Positions 24,997 to 34,544 of a stretch of DNA of 64,000 nucleotides are shown here, in pieces. The stretch's first letter is position 1, and each line of letters starts with the position of its first letter. Below the pieces are notes generated by a model. The model was not told the DNA's origin, did no database searches, and was given only the letters and a program-made list of their open reading frames with translations. Source of the DNA: Heterodontus francisci. Its lineage: Eukaryota. The DNA lies in NCBI RefSeq assembly GCF_036365525.1, contig NC_090404.1:18111134-18175133 (forward strand). The letters are read 5' to 3'. Both the position numbers and the translations under genes were made by a program.

Positions 24997-27912
24997 TCAT
25001 TCTCCTTTATCCATATACCTATCTAAAAGCCGTTTGAAAGTCCCTAAAGTTTCTGACTCAACAACTTCCCCAGGCAAGGCATTCCATGCCCCGACCACTC
25101 TCTGGGTAAAGAACCTTCCCCTGACATCCCCCTTATATCTCCCACCCTTCACCTTAAATTTATGACCCCTTGTAACGCTTTGCTCCACCCGGGGAAAAAG
25201 TTTCTGACTGTCTACCCTATCTATTCCCCTGATCATCTTATAAACCTCTATCATGTCACCCCTCATCCTTCTCCGTTCTAATGAGAAGAGGCCTAGAATG
25301 TTCAGCCTTTCCTCGTAAGACTTATTCTCCATTCCAGGCAACATCCTGGTAAATCTCCTCTGCACCCTCTCCAAGGCTTCCACATCCTTCCTAAAATGAG
25401 GCGACCAGAACTGCACACAGTACTCCAAATGAGGCCTTACCAAGGTCCTGTACAGCTGCATCATCACCTCACGGCTCTTAAATTCAATCCCTCTGCTAAT
25501 GAACGCTAACACCCCATATGCCTTCTTCACAGCCCTATCCACTTGAGTTGCAACTTTCAACGATCTATGCACATAGACCCCAAGGTCTCTCTGCTCCTCC
25601 ACATGCCCAAGAACCCTACCGTTAACCCAGTATTTTGCATTCGTGTTTGTCCTTCCAAAATGGACGACCTCACACTTTTCAGGGTTAAACTCCATCTGCC
25701 ACTTTTCAGCCCAGCACTGCAACCTATCCAAGTCCCTTTGCAGACGACAATAGCCCTCCTCGGTATCCACAACTCCACCAACCTTTGTATCATCTGCAAA
25801 TTTACTGACCCACCCTTCGACTTCCTCAAACAAGTCGTTAATAAAAATCACAAACAGGAGAGGACCCAGAACTGATCCCTGTGGCACGCCACTGGTAACT
25901 GGGCTCCAGGCTGAGTATTTACCATCTAAGACCACTCTCTGCCTTCTATCAGTTAGCCAATTCTTAATCCAACTGGCCACATTCCCCACTATCCCATGCC
26001 TCCTGACTTTCTCCATAAGTCTACCATGGGGGACCTTATCAAATGCCTTACTAAAATCCATGTACACCACATCCACTGGTTTACCCTCATCCACTTGCTT
26101 GGTCACCTGCTCAAAGAATTCAATCAGGCTTGTGAGGCAAGACCTACCCCTCACAAAACCGTGTTGACTGTCCCGAATCAAGCAGTGTCTTTCCAGATGC
26201 TCAGAAATCCTATCCCTCAGCACCTTTTCCATCAACTTGCCTACCACCGAAGTAAGACTAACTGGCCTGTAATTCCCAGGGTTGTTCCTATTCCCTTTCT
26301 TGAACAGGGGCACAACATTTGCCACCCTCCAATCACCTGGTACCACCCCCGTCAACAGAGAAGATGAAAAGATCATTGCCAGCGGCTCTGCAATTTCATC
26401 CCTTGCTTCCCATAACATCCTTGGATATACCCCGTCAGGCCCGGGAGACTTGTCTATCTTCAAGTTATTCAAAAACCCCAACACATCTTCCCTCCTAACG
26501 AGCACTTCCTCGAGCTTACCAGTCTGTTTCACACCGTCCTCTTCAGTAATACACCCCTTCTCATTCGTAAATACCGAAGAGAAGTACTCATTCAAAACCT
26601 CACTTATCTCTTCCGGCTCAACACACAGTCTCCCGCTATTGTCCTTGACCGGACCTACGGTCCCCCTAGTCATCCTCATATTTCTGACATACGCGTAAAA
26701 GGCCTTGGGGTTTTCTTTTATCCTACCCGCCAAGCATTTTTCATGCCCTCTCTCAGCTCTCCTAATCCCTTTCTTCAGATCCTTCCTGGCCATCTTGTAT
26801 CCCTCCAGAGCTATGCCTGTGCCCTTTTTCCTCAACCTTATATACGCATCCTTCTTCTTCCTAACAAGACTCTCAACCTCTCTTGTCAACCACGGTTCCC
26901 TCACATGACCATCCCTTCCCTGTCTGACAGGGACATGCTTATCAATGGCCCCTACTATCTGCTCCTTGAAAAAGTTCCACATTTCGACCGTGCCCTTCCC
27001 TGCCAGCATATGCTCCCAACTTATGCTCCTCAGTTCCTGCCTGACAGCATCATATCTACCCTTCCCCCAATTGTAAACCTTGCCCTGTTGCACATACCTA
27101 TCCCTCTCCATTACCACAGTGAATGCTACAGAATTGTGATCACTATCTCCAAAGTGCTCGCCCACCAACAGCTCTATCACTTGCCCTGGTTCATTACCTA
27201 GTACCAAATCCAATATTGCCTCCCCTCTGGTCGGGCAGTCTACATACTGAGTCAGAAAAGCTTCCTGGACATACTGCACAAACACTACCCCATCCAAACT
27301 ATTCGATCTAAAGAGTTGCCAATCAATATTTGGGAAGTTGAAATCCCCCATAATTACTACCCTGTGACTTCTGCTCCTTTCCAAAATCTGTTTCCCAATC
27401 TGCTCTTCCACCTCCCTGCTGCTATTGGGGGGCCGATAGAAAACTCCCATCAAGGTGACTGCTCCTTTCCTGTTCCTGACCTCAACCCACAGTGCCTCAG
27501 TCGGCAGATCCTCCTCGAAAATTCTTTCAGCAGTTGTTACACTATTTCTAACTAACAATGCCACCCCCCCACCTCTTTTACCACCATTCCTAATCTTATG
27601 AAAACATCTATAACCAGGTACCTCCAAGAACCATTCCTCCCCCTCACCTATCCACGTTTCAGTGATGGCCACAACATCGTAGTCCCAAGTGCCCATCCAC
27701 GCCTTCAATTCACTCACCTTATTCCTGATGCTTCTTGCGTTGAAGTATACGCACTTTAACCCTTCTCCGTGCCCATCTGTCCTCTGCGACAGTGCTACCT
27801 TCCCCAATACCTCACTACACTCTTTGTCTTTCTGAGTGGACCCACTGGTCCCTGGACTACAAGTCCGGTTCCCATCCCCCTCCCAAACTAGTTTAAACCC
27901 TCCCGAACAGTA
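24997..27912 (-). CDS. CR1 ORF2: APE endonuclease + reverse transcriptase
   Basis: YFNARS, ITETW, MGDFNFP, SDHN; [37 protein letters not shown]. Frame is open from 27912; the first ATG is at 27696. Confidence 0.95.
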   Translation of the reverse strand, partial: YCSGGFKLVWEGDGNRTCSPGTSGSTQKDKECSEVLGKVALSQRTDGHGEGLKCVYFNARSIRNKVSELKAWMGTWDYDVVAITETWIGEGEEWFLEVPGYRCFHKIRNGGKRGGGVALLVRNSVTTAERIFEEDLPTEALWVEVRNRKGAVTLMGVFYRPPNSSREVEEQIGKQILERSRSHRVVIMGDFNFPNIDWQLFRSNSLDGVVFVQYVQEAFLTQYVDCPTRGEAILDLVLGNEPGQVIELLVGEHFGDSDHNSVAFTVVMERDRYVQQGKVYNWGKGRYDAVRQELRSISWEHMLAGKGTVEMWNFFKEQIVGAIDKHVPVRQGRDGHVREPWLTREVESLVRKKKDAYIRLRKKGTGIALEGYKMARKDLKKGIRRAERGHEKCLAGRIKENPKAFYAYVRNMRMTRGTVGPVKDNSGRLCVEPEEISEVLNEYFSSVFTNEKGCITEEDGVKQTGKLEEVLVRREDVLGFLNNLKIDKSPGPDGVYPRMLWEARDEIAEPLAMIFSSSLLTGVVPGDWRVANVVPLFKKGNRNNPGNYRPVSLTSVVGKLMEKVLRDRISEHLERHCLIRDSQHGFVRGRSCLTSLIEFFEQVTKQVDEGKPVDVVYMDFSKAFDKVPHGRLMEKVRRHGIVGNVASWIKNWLTDRRQRVVLDGKYSAWSPVTSGVPQGSVLGPLLFVIFINDLFEEVEGWVSKFADDTKVGGVVDTEEGYCRLQRDLDRLQCWAEKWQMEFNPEKCEVVHFGRTNTNAKYWVNGRVLGHVEEQRDLGVYVHRSLKVATQVDRAVKKAYGVLAFISRGIEFKSREVMMQLYRTLVRPHLEYCVQFWSPHFRKDVEALERVQRRFTRMLPGMENKSYEERLNILGLFSLERRRMRGDMIEVYKMIRGIDRVDSQKLFPRVEQSVTRGHKFKVKGGRYKGDVRGRFFTQRVVGAWNALPGEVVESETLGTFKRLLDRYMDKGE

Positions 27913-28808
27913 CTAGCAAACCTCCCTCCCAGGATATTGGTGCCCCTCTGGTTCAGATGCAGCCCGTCCTGTTTGAACAGGTCCCATCTTCCCCAGAATG
28001 CAGTCCAATTATCCAAGAACTGGAAGCCCTCCCTCCTACACCATTCCTGCAGCCACGTGTTCAGCTGTGCTCTCTCCCTATTCCTAGCCTCACTATCACG
28101 TGGCGCCGGCAACAAACCAGAGATAACAACTCTGTCCGTCCGAGCTTTCAGCTTCCAGCCTAACTCCCTAAACTCACTTCTAACATCTGTGCCACCCTTC
28201 CTTCCTACGTCGTTGGTGCCAATGTGCACCACGACCTCTGGCTGCTCCCCCTCCCCTTTAAGGATCCTGAAGACGCGATCACAAACATCACGGACCCTGG
28301 CACCAGGGAGGCAACAAACCATCCGTGCGTCTCGCTTGCTCCCACAGAACCGCCTGTCGGTACTCCTCACCATCGAGTCCCCGATGACTAGTGCTCTCCC
28401 GTTCTCCCTCCTTCCCTTCTGAGCCACAGTGCAGGACCCCGTGCCAGAGGCCCGTTCACTGCAGCCTGCCCCCGATAGGCCGCCCCCCCCAACAGTATCT
28501 AAAACTGTATACTTGTTGTTGAGGGGAACGACCACAGGAGATCCCTGCACTGACCTCTTCCCACCTCTAACTGTTACCCAGCTGCCTTTGTTTTGTGGAG
28601 TAACGACATCCCTGTAGCTTCTATCTATCACCCCCTCAGCTTCCCGAATGATCCTCAGTTCATCCAGCTCCAGCTCCAGTTCCCTAACACGGTCTGATAG
28701 GAGCTGGAGACGGATGCACTTCCAGCAGGTAAAGTCGGCAGGGTCCCCGGAGGTTCCCCTCACCTCGAACATACTGCAGGAGGAGCACTGCACTCCCCTG
28801 GCTGCCAT
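27888..28808 (-). CDS. CR1 ORF1: zinc finger/leucine zipper + SGNH (GDSL) esterase, 306 aa
   Basis: CxxC..CxxC, heptad LLSDRVRELELEL, IGDS, HIGTND, DGLHL. Confidence 0.95.
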   Translation of the reverse strand: MAARGVQCSSCSMFEVRGTSGDPADFTCWKCIRLQLLSDRVRELELELDELRIIREAEGVIDRSYRDVVTPQNKGSWVTVRGGKRSVQGSPVVVPLNNKYTVLDTVGGGGLSGAGCSERASGTGSCTVAQKGRRENGRALVIGDSMVRSTDRRFCGSKRDARMVCCLPGARVRDVCDRVFRILKGEGEQPEVVVHIGTNDVGRKGGTDVRSEFRELGWKLKARTDRVVISGLLPAPRDSEARNRERAQLNTWLQEWCRREGFQFLDNWTAFWGRWDLFKQDGLHLNQRGTNILGGRFASTVREGLN

Positions 28809-28987
28809 TTCTTTTACTCAATTACCCCTTAATTAAGTACAAATATAGATATTAACAAAAACAGTGAAATAGCTTACCTGTTCAGTCCTTTTTGGTTAGA
28901 GGAGGAGGGTAAAAAGGGTCTTATTATTAGGTTAGAGGAGGAGGATGGGTGGGAGACACTACATGTGTAGTGTCTCGGGTTAACTCT

Positions 28988-30193
28988 GCTCCGCACCTTT
29001 AAAGAAAATACCTACCCAGGAGTCCTTGCTGCCGTCCAGCTTCCGGTTCCTCCCGCGCCAAAAGTAACTTGAACACAAGGAAAACAGTAAGTACAACTTT
29101 TAAAACACAGCTCCTGGTGCCTTCACTTACCCACCGAAGAGTCGCTACCTTCTCCTGCTGCTCCGCCGGGAAATGAGGCCGAGTCCACGGAGCTCCGCAC
29201 CTTTAAAGAAAATACCTACCCAGGAGTCCTTGCTGCCGTCCAGCTTCCGGTTCCTCCCGCGCCAAAAGTAACTTGAACACAAGGAAAACAGTAAGTACAA
29301 CTTTTAAAACACAGCTCCTGGTGCCTTCACTTACCCACCGAAGAGTCGCTACCTTCTCCTGCTGCTCCGCCGGGAAATGAGGCCGAGTCCACGGAGCTCC
29401 GCACCTTTAAAGAAAATACCTACCCAGGAGTCCTTGCTGCCGTCCAGCTTCCGGTTCCTCCCGCGCCAAAAGTAACTTGAACACAAGGAAAACAGTAAGT
29501 ACAACTTTTAAAACACAGCTCCTGGTGCCTTCACTTACCCACCGAAGAGTCGCTACCTTCTCCTGCTGCTCCGCCGGGAACTGAGGCCGAGTCCACGGAG
29601 CTCCGCACCTTTAAAGAAAATACCTACCCAGGAGTCCTTGCTGCCGTCCAGCTTCCGGTTCCTCCCGCGCCAAAAGTAACTTGAACACAAGGAAAACAGT
29701 AGGTACAACTTTTAAAACACAGCTCCTGGTGCCTTCACTTACCCACCGAAGAGTCGCTACCTTCTCCTGCTGCTCCGCCGGGAAATGAGGCCGAGTCCAC
29801 GGAGCTCCGCACCTTTAAAGAAAATACCTACCCAGGAGTCCTTGCTGCCGTCCAGCTTCCGGTTCCTCCCGCGCCAAAAGTAACTTGAACACAAGGAAAA
29901 CAGTAAGTACAACTTTTAAAACACAGCTCCTGGTGCCTTCACTTACCCACCGAAGAGTCGCTACCTTCTCCTGCTGCTCCGCCGGGAAATGAGGCCGAGT
30001 CCACGGAGCTCCGCACCTTTAAAGAAAATACCTACCCAGGAGTCCTTGCTGCCGTCCAGCTTACGGTTCCTCCCGCGCCAAAAGTAACTTGAACACAAGG
30101 AAAACAGTAAGTACAACTTTTAAAACACAGCTCCTGGTGCCTTCACTTACCCACCAAAGAGTCGCTACCTTCTCCTGCTGCTCCGCCGGGAAA
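28988..30193 (-). repeat. 204-bp tandem monomers (5 full + 1 partial) in the CR1 5' UTR
   Basis: Units start at 28988, 29192, 29396, 29600, 29804 and 30008; near-identical and CpG-rich. Confidence 0.97.
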
Positions 30194-31038
30194 AAAAAAA
30201 AAAGAATGAGACACATTAATTTTGCCACATGGACATTAAAACTTATCGTCGTTGCTGGGAAGAAAAGAGGGCCGATCACAAGGAATTGCCAGGCCCCTCA
30301 TCAGAAAGGCCTTTTCTGCATACTGGCAGACAGCATTGGAACAAAGGATCCAGTCCCTGCTTCCCAATACAGAGAAGACGTGGTCAGACCAGTTTAGTCA
30401 CATGACTAACTGGCTGTGGCAGGAATTTGAACTTGCCACAGAGTTTTGAACTGAAACTCAGAAAGCTGTTTGCTCCTGGACTGAAAAGACCTCTCTCCTT
30501 TCTGCTCTCATTTCTTTCTCACCAGCTTTGGAATCCATTGAAGATACAGGAACCCCAAGAGAGAAATGTCTCCTACAGTGAACAAGGTTTAAGACTATCG
30601 GGCCCCAACGAAAAGCAAGAATAACTTACAAGCAAGAACTACCTACAAAAGGACTGCAATGAGCCCGAAGCACAGTAACAAGAAACTCTTCTGATATTGC
30701 CTCAAACTTCTCCACTTTACTTTTTTCTTCCACTCTTTTCTGTCTCGACTTGCATGTGCGTATTACATATGCATGCAAACTTGGGGCACGACGTGTATCC
30801 ATAGTTTCTTAACCGAATTAGAGTTTAAGTTTAAATTTTAATAAATTTCACTTTTCTTCTTTGAACCTAAGAAGGCCTGTCTGTGTCATTTCTTTGCTTT
30901 ATAATTGGAAAGCAGTGATCAAGGATTCGCTAAGGGGGAGCTCAAAACACACCGTGTTTAAAAATTAATTCCTGATACAGTAAGATCAGGTGAAGGCTGA
31001 AAGACACCCCTGGACATCTTTCTCACCTGGTCGTAACA

Positions 31039-32113
31039 TTATGGAATTGGCTGAGTGACAGGAAACAAAGAGTAATGGTGAAGAGATGTTTTTCAGGCTG
31101 GAGGAAGGTTTGTAGTGGAGAATCCCAGAGGTCAGTGTTGGGACCTTTGCTTTTCCTGATATATATTAATGGTCTAGACCTTGGTGTACAGGACACAATT
31201 TAAAAGTTTGCAGATGATATGAAACTTGGAAGCATTGAGAACTGAGGAGGCTAGTGTAGAATTCAAAAAGGACACAGACAAGTTGGTGGAATGGGCCGAC
31301 AGGTGTCAGATGAAGCTCAATGCAGAGGTGAGAAGTGATTCATTTTGGTAGGAAGAACATGGAGACACAGTATAAAATAAAGGCAACAATTCTAAAGGGG
31401 GTGCAGGAGCAGAGGGATCTGGGTGTATACGTGCATAAGTCATTGACGGTGTTAGGATAGGGTGAGAGAGCAGTGAATAAAGTATACAGCATCCTCGGCT
31501 TTATTAACAGAGGAATAGTGGACAAGAGCAAGGAAGATATGTTGAAGTTGTGGATGACACTAGTTTGACCTCAGCTGGTGTATTGCGTCCAGTTCTGGGT
31601 GCCGCACTTTCAGAAAGACGTGTGGGCATACGGAAAAACATTTACAAATGGTTCCAAGTATTAGGAACTTCAGTTATGAAGACAGATTTAAGAAGTTAAG
31701 ACTGTTTTCCTTGGAGAAGAGAAGGCTGAGAGGTGATTTGATAGAGGTATTCAAAATAATGAGGGGTCTGGACAGAGTAGATAGAGAGAAACTCTTCCCA
31801 CTGGTGAAAGGATCGAGAACCAGAGGGCACAGATTTACAGTATTTGGGAAGAGAAGCAAAAGTGACATGAGGGAAAACTTTTTCATGTAGCTCGTGGTTA
31901 AGGTCTGGAATGTGCTGCCTGAGAGTGCGGTGGAGGCAGGTTCAGTGAAAGCATTCAAAAGGGAAATAGACTGTTGTATGGAAAGGAAGAATGTGCAAGG
32001 TTATGGGGAGAAGGTGGGGGAATGGAACTGAATGCATTGCTCTTTCGGAGAGCAGGTACGGACACAATGGGACGAATGGCCTCCTCCTGCACTGGAACAA
32101 TTCTGTGATTCTG
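31039..32113 (+). mobile_element. CR1 host B, unit 2
   Basis: Paralogous to 12620-13695. Confidence 0.87.
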
Positions 32114-32115
32114 CA

Positions 32116-32491
32116 AGCCCGCCGCCCCCTCCCCCGCGACCACCTCCCCCTCGGATTTAGACCGGTCTGGTCGCGCATGCTCACCTCACACCGCCCGCCT
32201 GGCTGATGAACATCAGCTCCGGACCAATTGGAAGAGCGGTCGGGGGGGGGGGGCGGGGCTGGAGGCCAGCTCGGGCCACGGGTCCTCCAAGGAATCGGAG
32301 CGTGCGAGGGGGCGGGGCCTCCGAAATGACCCGCCCCACTCGCGCTCTTGGTCGGCAAAGGCCGTCATAGACACGGAAATTGCGTTCTCAGGTCAGAGAT
32401 CAAGAGACTTGTGCGCAGACTCGTTTTCCTCCTGGGCTGTTTTACTGGAGTCGTGTTGCTGAGTGTGTCTAAACTCTGTCTCCCTATCCCG
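32116..32491 (+). promoter_or_regulatory. CpG-island promoter/exon 1 of ZF copy 3
   Basis: Same motifs as 13697-14070; donor GT at 32492. Confidence 0.7.
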
Positions 32492-33271
32492 GTAATGTCG
32501 GTGGATTGGAGGTTGCTGTGAGTGTTGGACTATGTTGCCTTTCCTCATTCTTCCTCCTTCTCCCACTCCGAGTTCCAGGCTGCAGGCTCTGGTGGCTCAA
32601 TGCACCTGGAACGTTAACCCTGTTTCTCTCTCCACAGATGCTGCCTGACCTGCTGAGCATTTCCAGCATTTCCTCCTTTTAATTTCAGATTTTCAGCATC
32701 CCCAATATTTTGGTTTTATTTTATTGCAAGTGTTGCTCACAGAACTGAGTCAAGAAACACAGACGGACCAGTTAAGAGCTGGTGTTTATTGGGAGTTGGT
32801 GTTGGATGTGGCATTTGCTCTCTGACCTCCTGTGTTGATCTTTTTTGTTGCATCAGTTTGATCTGGAGTGGAGATGGAGGAGAAGCAGCTGCTGGCTTTA
32901 ATCCCGAGAACTTGTGAGCCCAGTTGGGCCCAACAGTTTCCAATGTGAGACGGTCAAGGGTGGGGAGGCTGCTCAATAAACACCAACCACTCAATGTGAA
33001 AGAGTATTGTTTCAGTAACAAGTATTTCTGTGGAGGCTTTTAAGCCATTTTACATATACAGAAGTTGTTCCTTCATTCTTGGGAGATGGCCGTCACTAGC
33101 CAGACCAGCATATATTGCCAGTCCCGTGCTGTCCATTGAGATGGTGATGGTGGGCCTTCTTCTTAAACCGCTGCAGTCCGTGTGGTGAAGGTGCTCCCAC
33201 AATGGTGTTTGGGAAGGAGTTACAGGATTTTCACCCAGTGATGGAGAAGGAATGGTGATATATGTCCAAGT

Positions 33272-34127
33272 TAACATCAACCTGTATTTATATAGCACCT
33301 TTAATTTAATAAAATGTACCAGAGCATTTCATAGGAGTGTTATAAAGCAACATTTGACACTGAGCCACATAAGATATTTGGGCAGATGATCAAAACCTTG
33401 ATCAAAGAGATGTGTTTTAATCAGTGTCTGAATCACGGAAGGTGAGGTAGAGAGGATTAGGGAGGGATTTCCAAAACTTATGGCCTTGGCAGCTGAAGTC
33501 ACGGCCACCTGTGATGGAGGAATGAAAAGCAGGGATGTTCAAGATGTCAGAATTAGATGAGCCCTGATCTCTCGGAGGGTTGTAGGTCTGGAGGAGATTA
33601 TAGAGATAGTGAGGGGTGAGGGAATGGAGGGATTTGAAAGCAAGGATGAGGATATTGAAATTGAGGTGCTGCTTAACTGGGAGCCTGTGTAGGCCAGTGA
33701 GCACAGTGGTGATGTGTGAACAGGACTGGGTTCGAGTAAGGACACAGACAGCAGAGTTTTGGATGATCTCAAGCTGACAGAGTAGAATGTGGGAGGCCGG
33801 CCAGGAGTGTGTTAGAATAGTCAAGTTGAGAGGAAAGAAATACATGGATGTAAGTTTCAGAGGTAGATGAGCTGAGACAGTGGTGATGTTACTGAGGTGG
33901 AAATAGGTGGTCTGAGTGATGGCACCGATTTGCAGTCGGAATTTCATCTCGGGGTCAAATATGACTAAGGTTATGAGCAGTCTGGTTTAGCCTCAGACAG
34001 TTTCCAGGGAGAGGGATAGAGTTGGTGACTAGAGACAGGAATTTGCAGCAGGAGCTCAAGACAATGGCTTCAGACTTCCAATATTTAATTGGAGGTAATT
34101 TCTGTTCATCCAGTACTGGATGTCAGA
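33272..34127 (-). mobile_element. L2 fragment, intron of copy 3
   Basis: Paralogous to 14844-15699. Confidence 0.85.
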
Positions 34128-34544
34128 CAAGTCAGGATGCTGTGTGACTTGGAGGGCAACTTGGAGGTGATGGTGTTCACATACACCTGATACCCTGTTC
34201 CTTCTGGATGATGGAAGTTGAGGGTTTGGGAGGTTCTGTCAAAGTTCTGGTCGAGTTGTACATATATGAAATACCTCTCCTCTCCCTGCCCCTCCTCCTC
34301 CCTCTCTTTCCTCCCAAAGAGAGCAGAGTCTTGTGTAGGTCCAGACTGGGTGGGAACTTCCCTTCCCTGAAGGACATTAATGAACCAGTTGGGTTGTACA
34401 TCAATCCAGCAGCTTTCATGGTCACTTTTTCTCGTACTGCCCCCAAAAATTACCAGATTCATTCAGCTCCATTTCACACACTGCCTTTGTGTTTTTGTGA
34501 GTTCTGTCACAATTTTTTTTTCTGTTTTTAAATCAATTTCACAG

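Larger units (their letters stand above)
24888..30201 (-). mobile_element. Intact, apparently full-length CR1 LINE (HER1-like)
   Basis: Two uninterrupted ORFs, tandem-monomer 5' UTR, 3' UTR hairpin and (TTCTATG)n tail. Absent from the paralogous LTRs. Confidence 0.96.
22378..31038 (+). mobile_element. Gmr1-like gypsy remnant, unit 2; LTR (24882-31038) interrupted by full-length CR1
   Basis: Paralogous to 9254-12619; LTR sequence resumes at 30202. Confidence 0.8.

Noticed and set aside
28988-30193. CRISPR-like or satellite array
   Set aside because: No unique spacers, eukaryotic context, and the array lies within the CR1 insertion boundaries.
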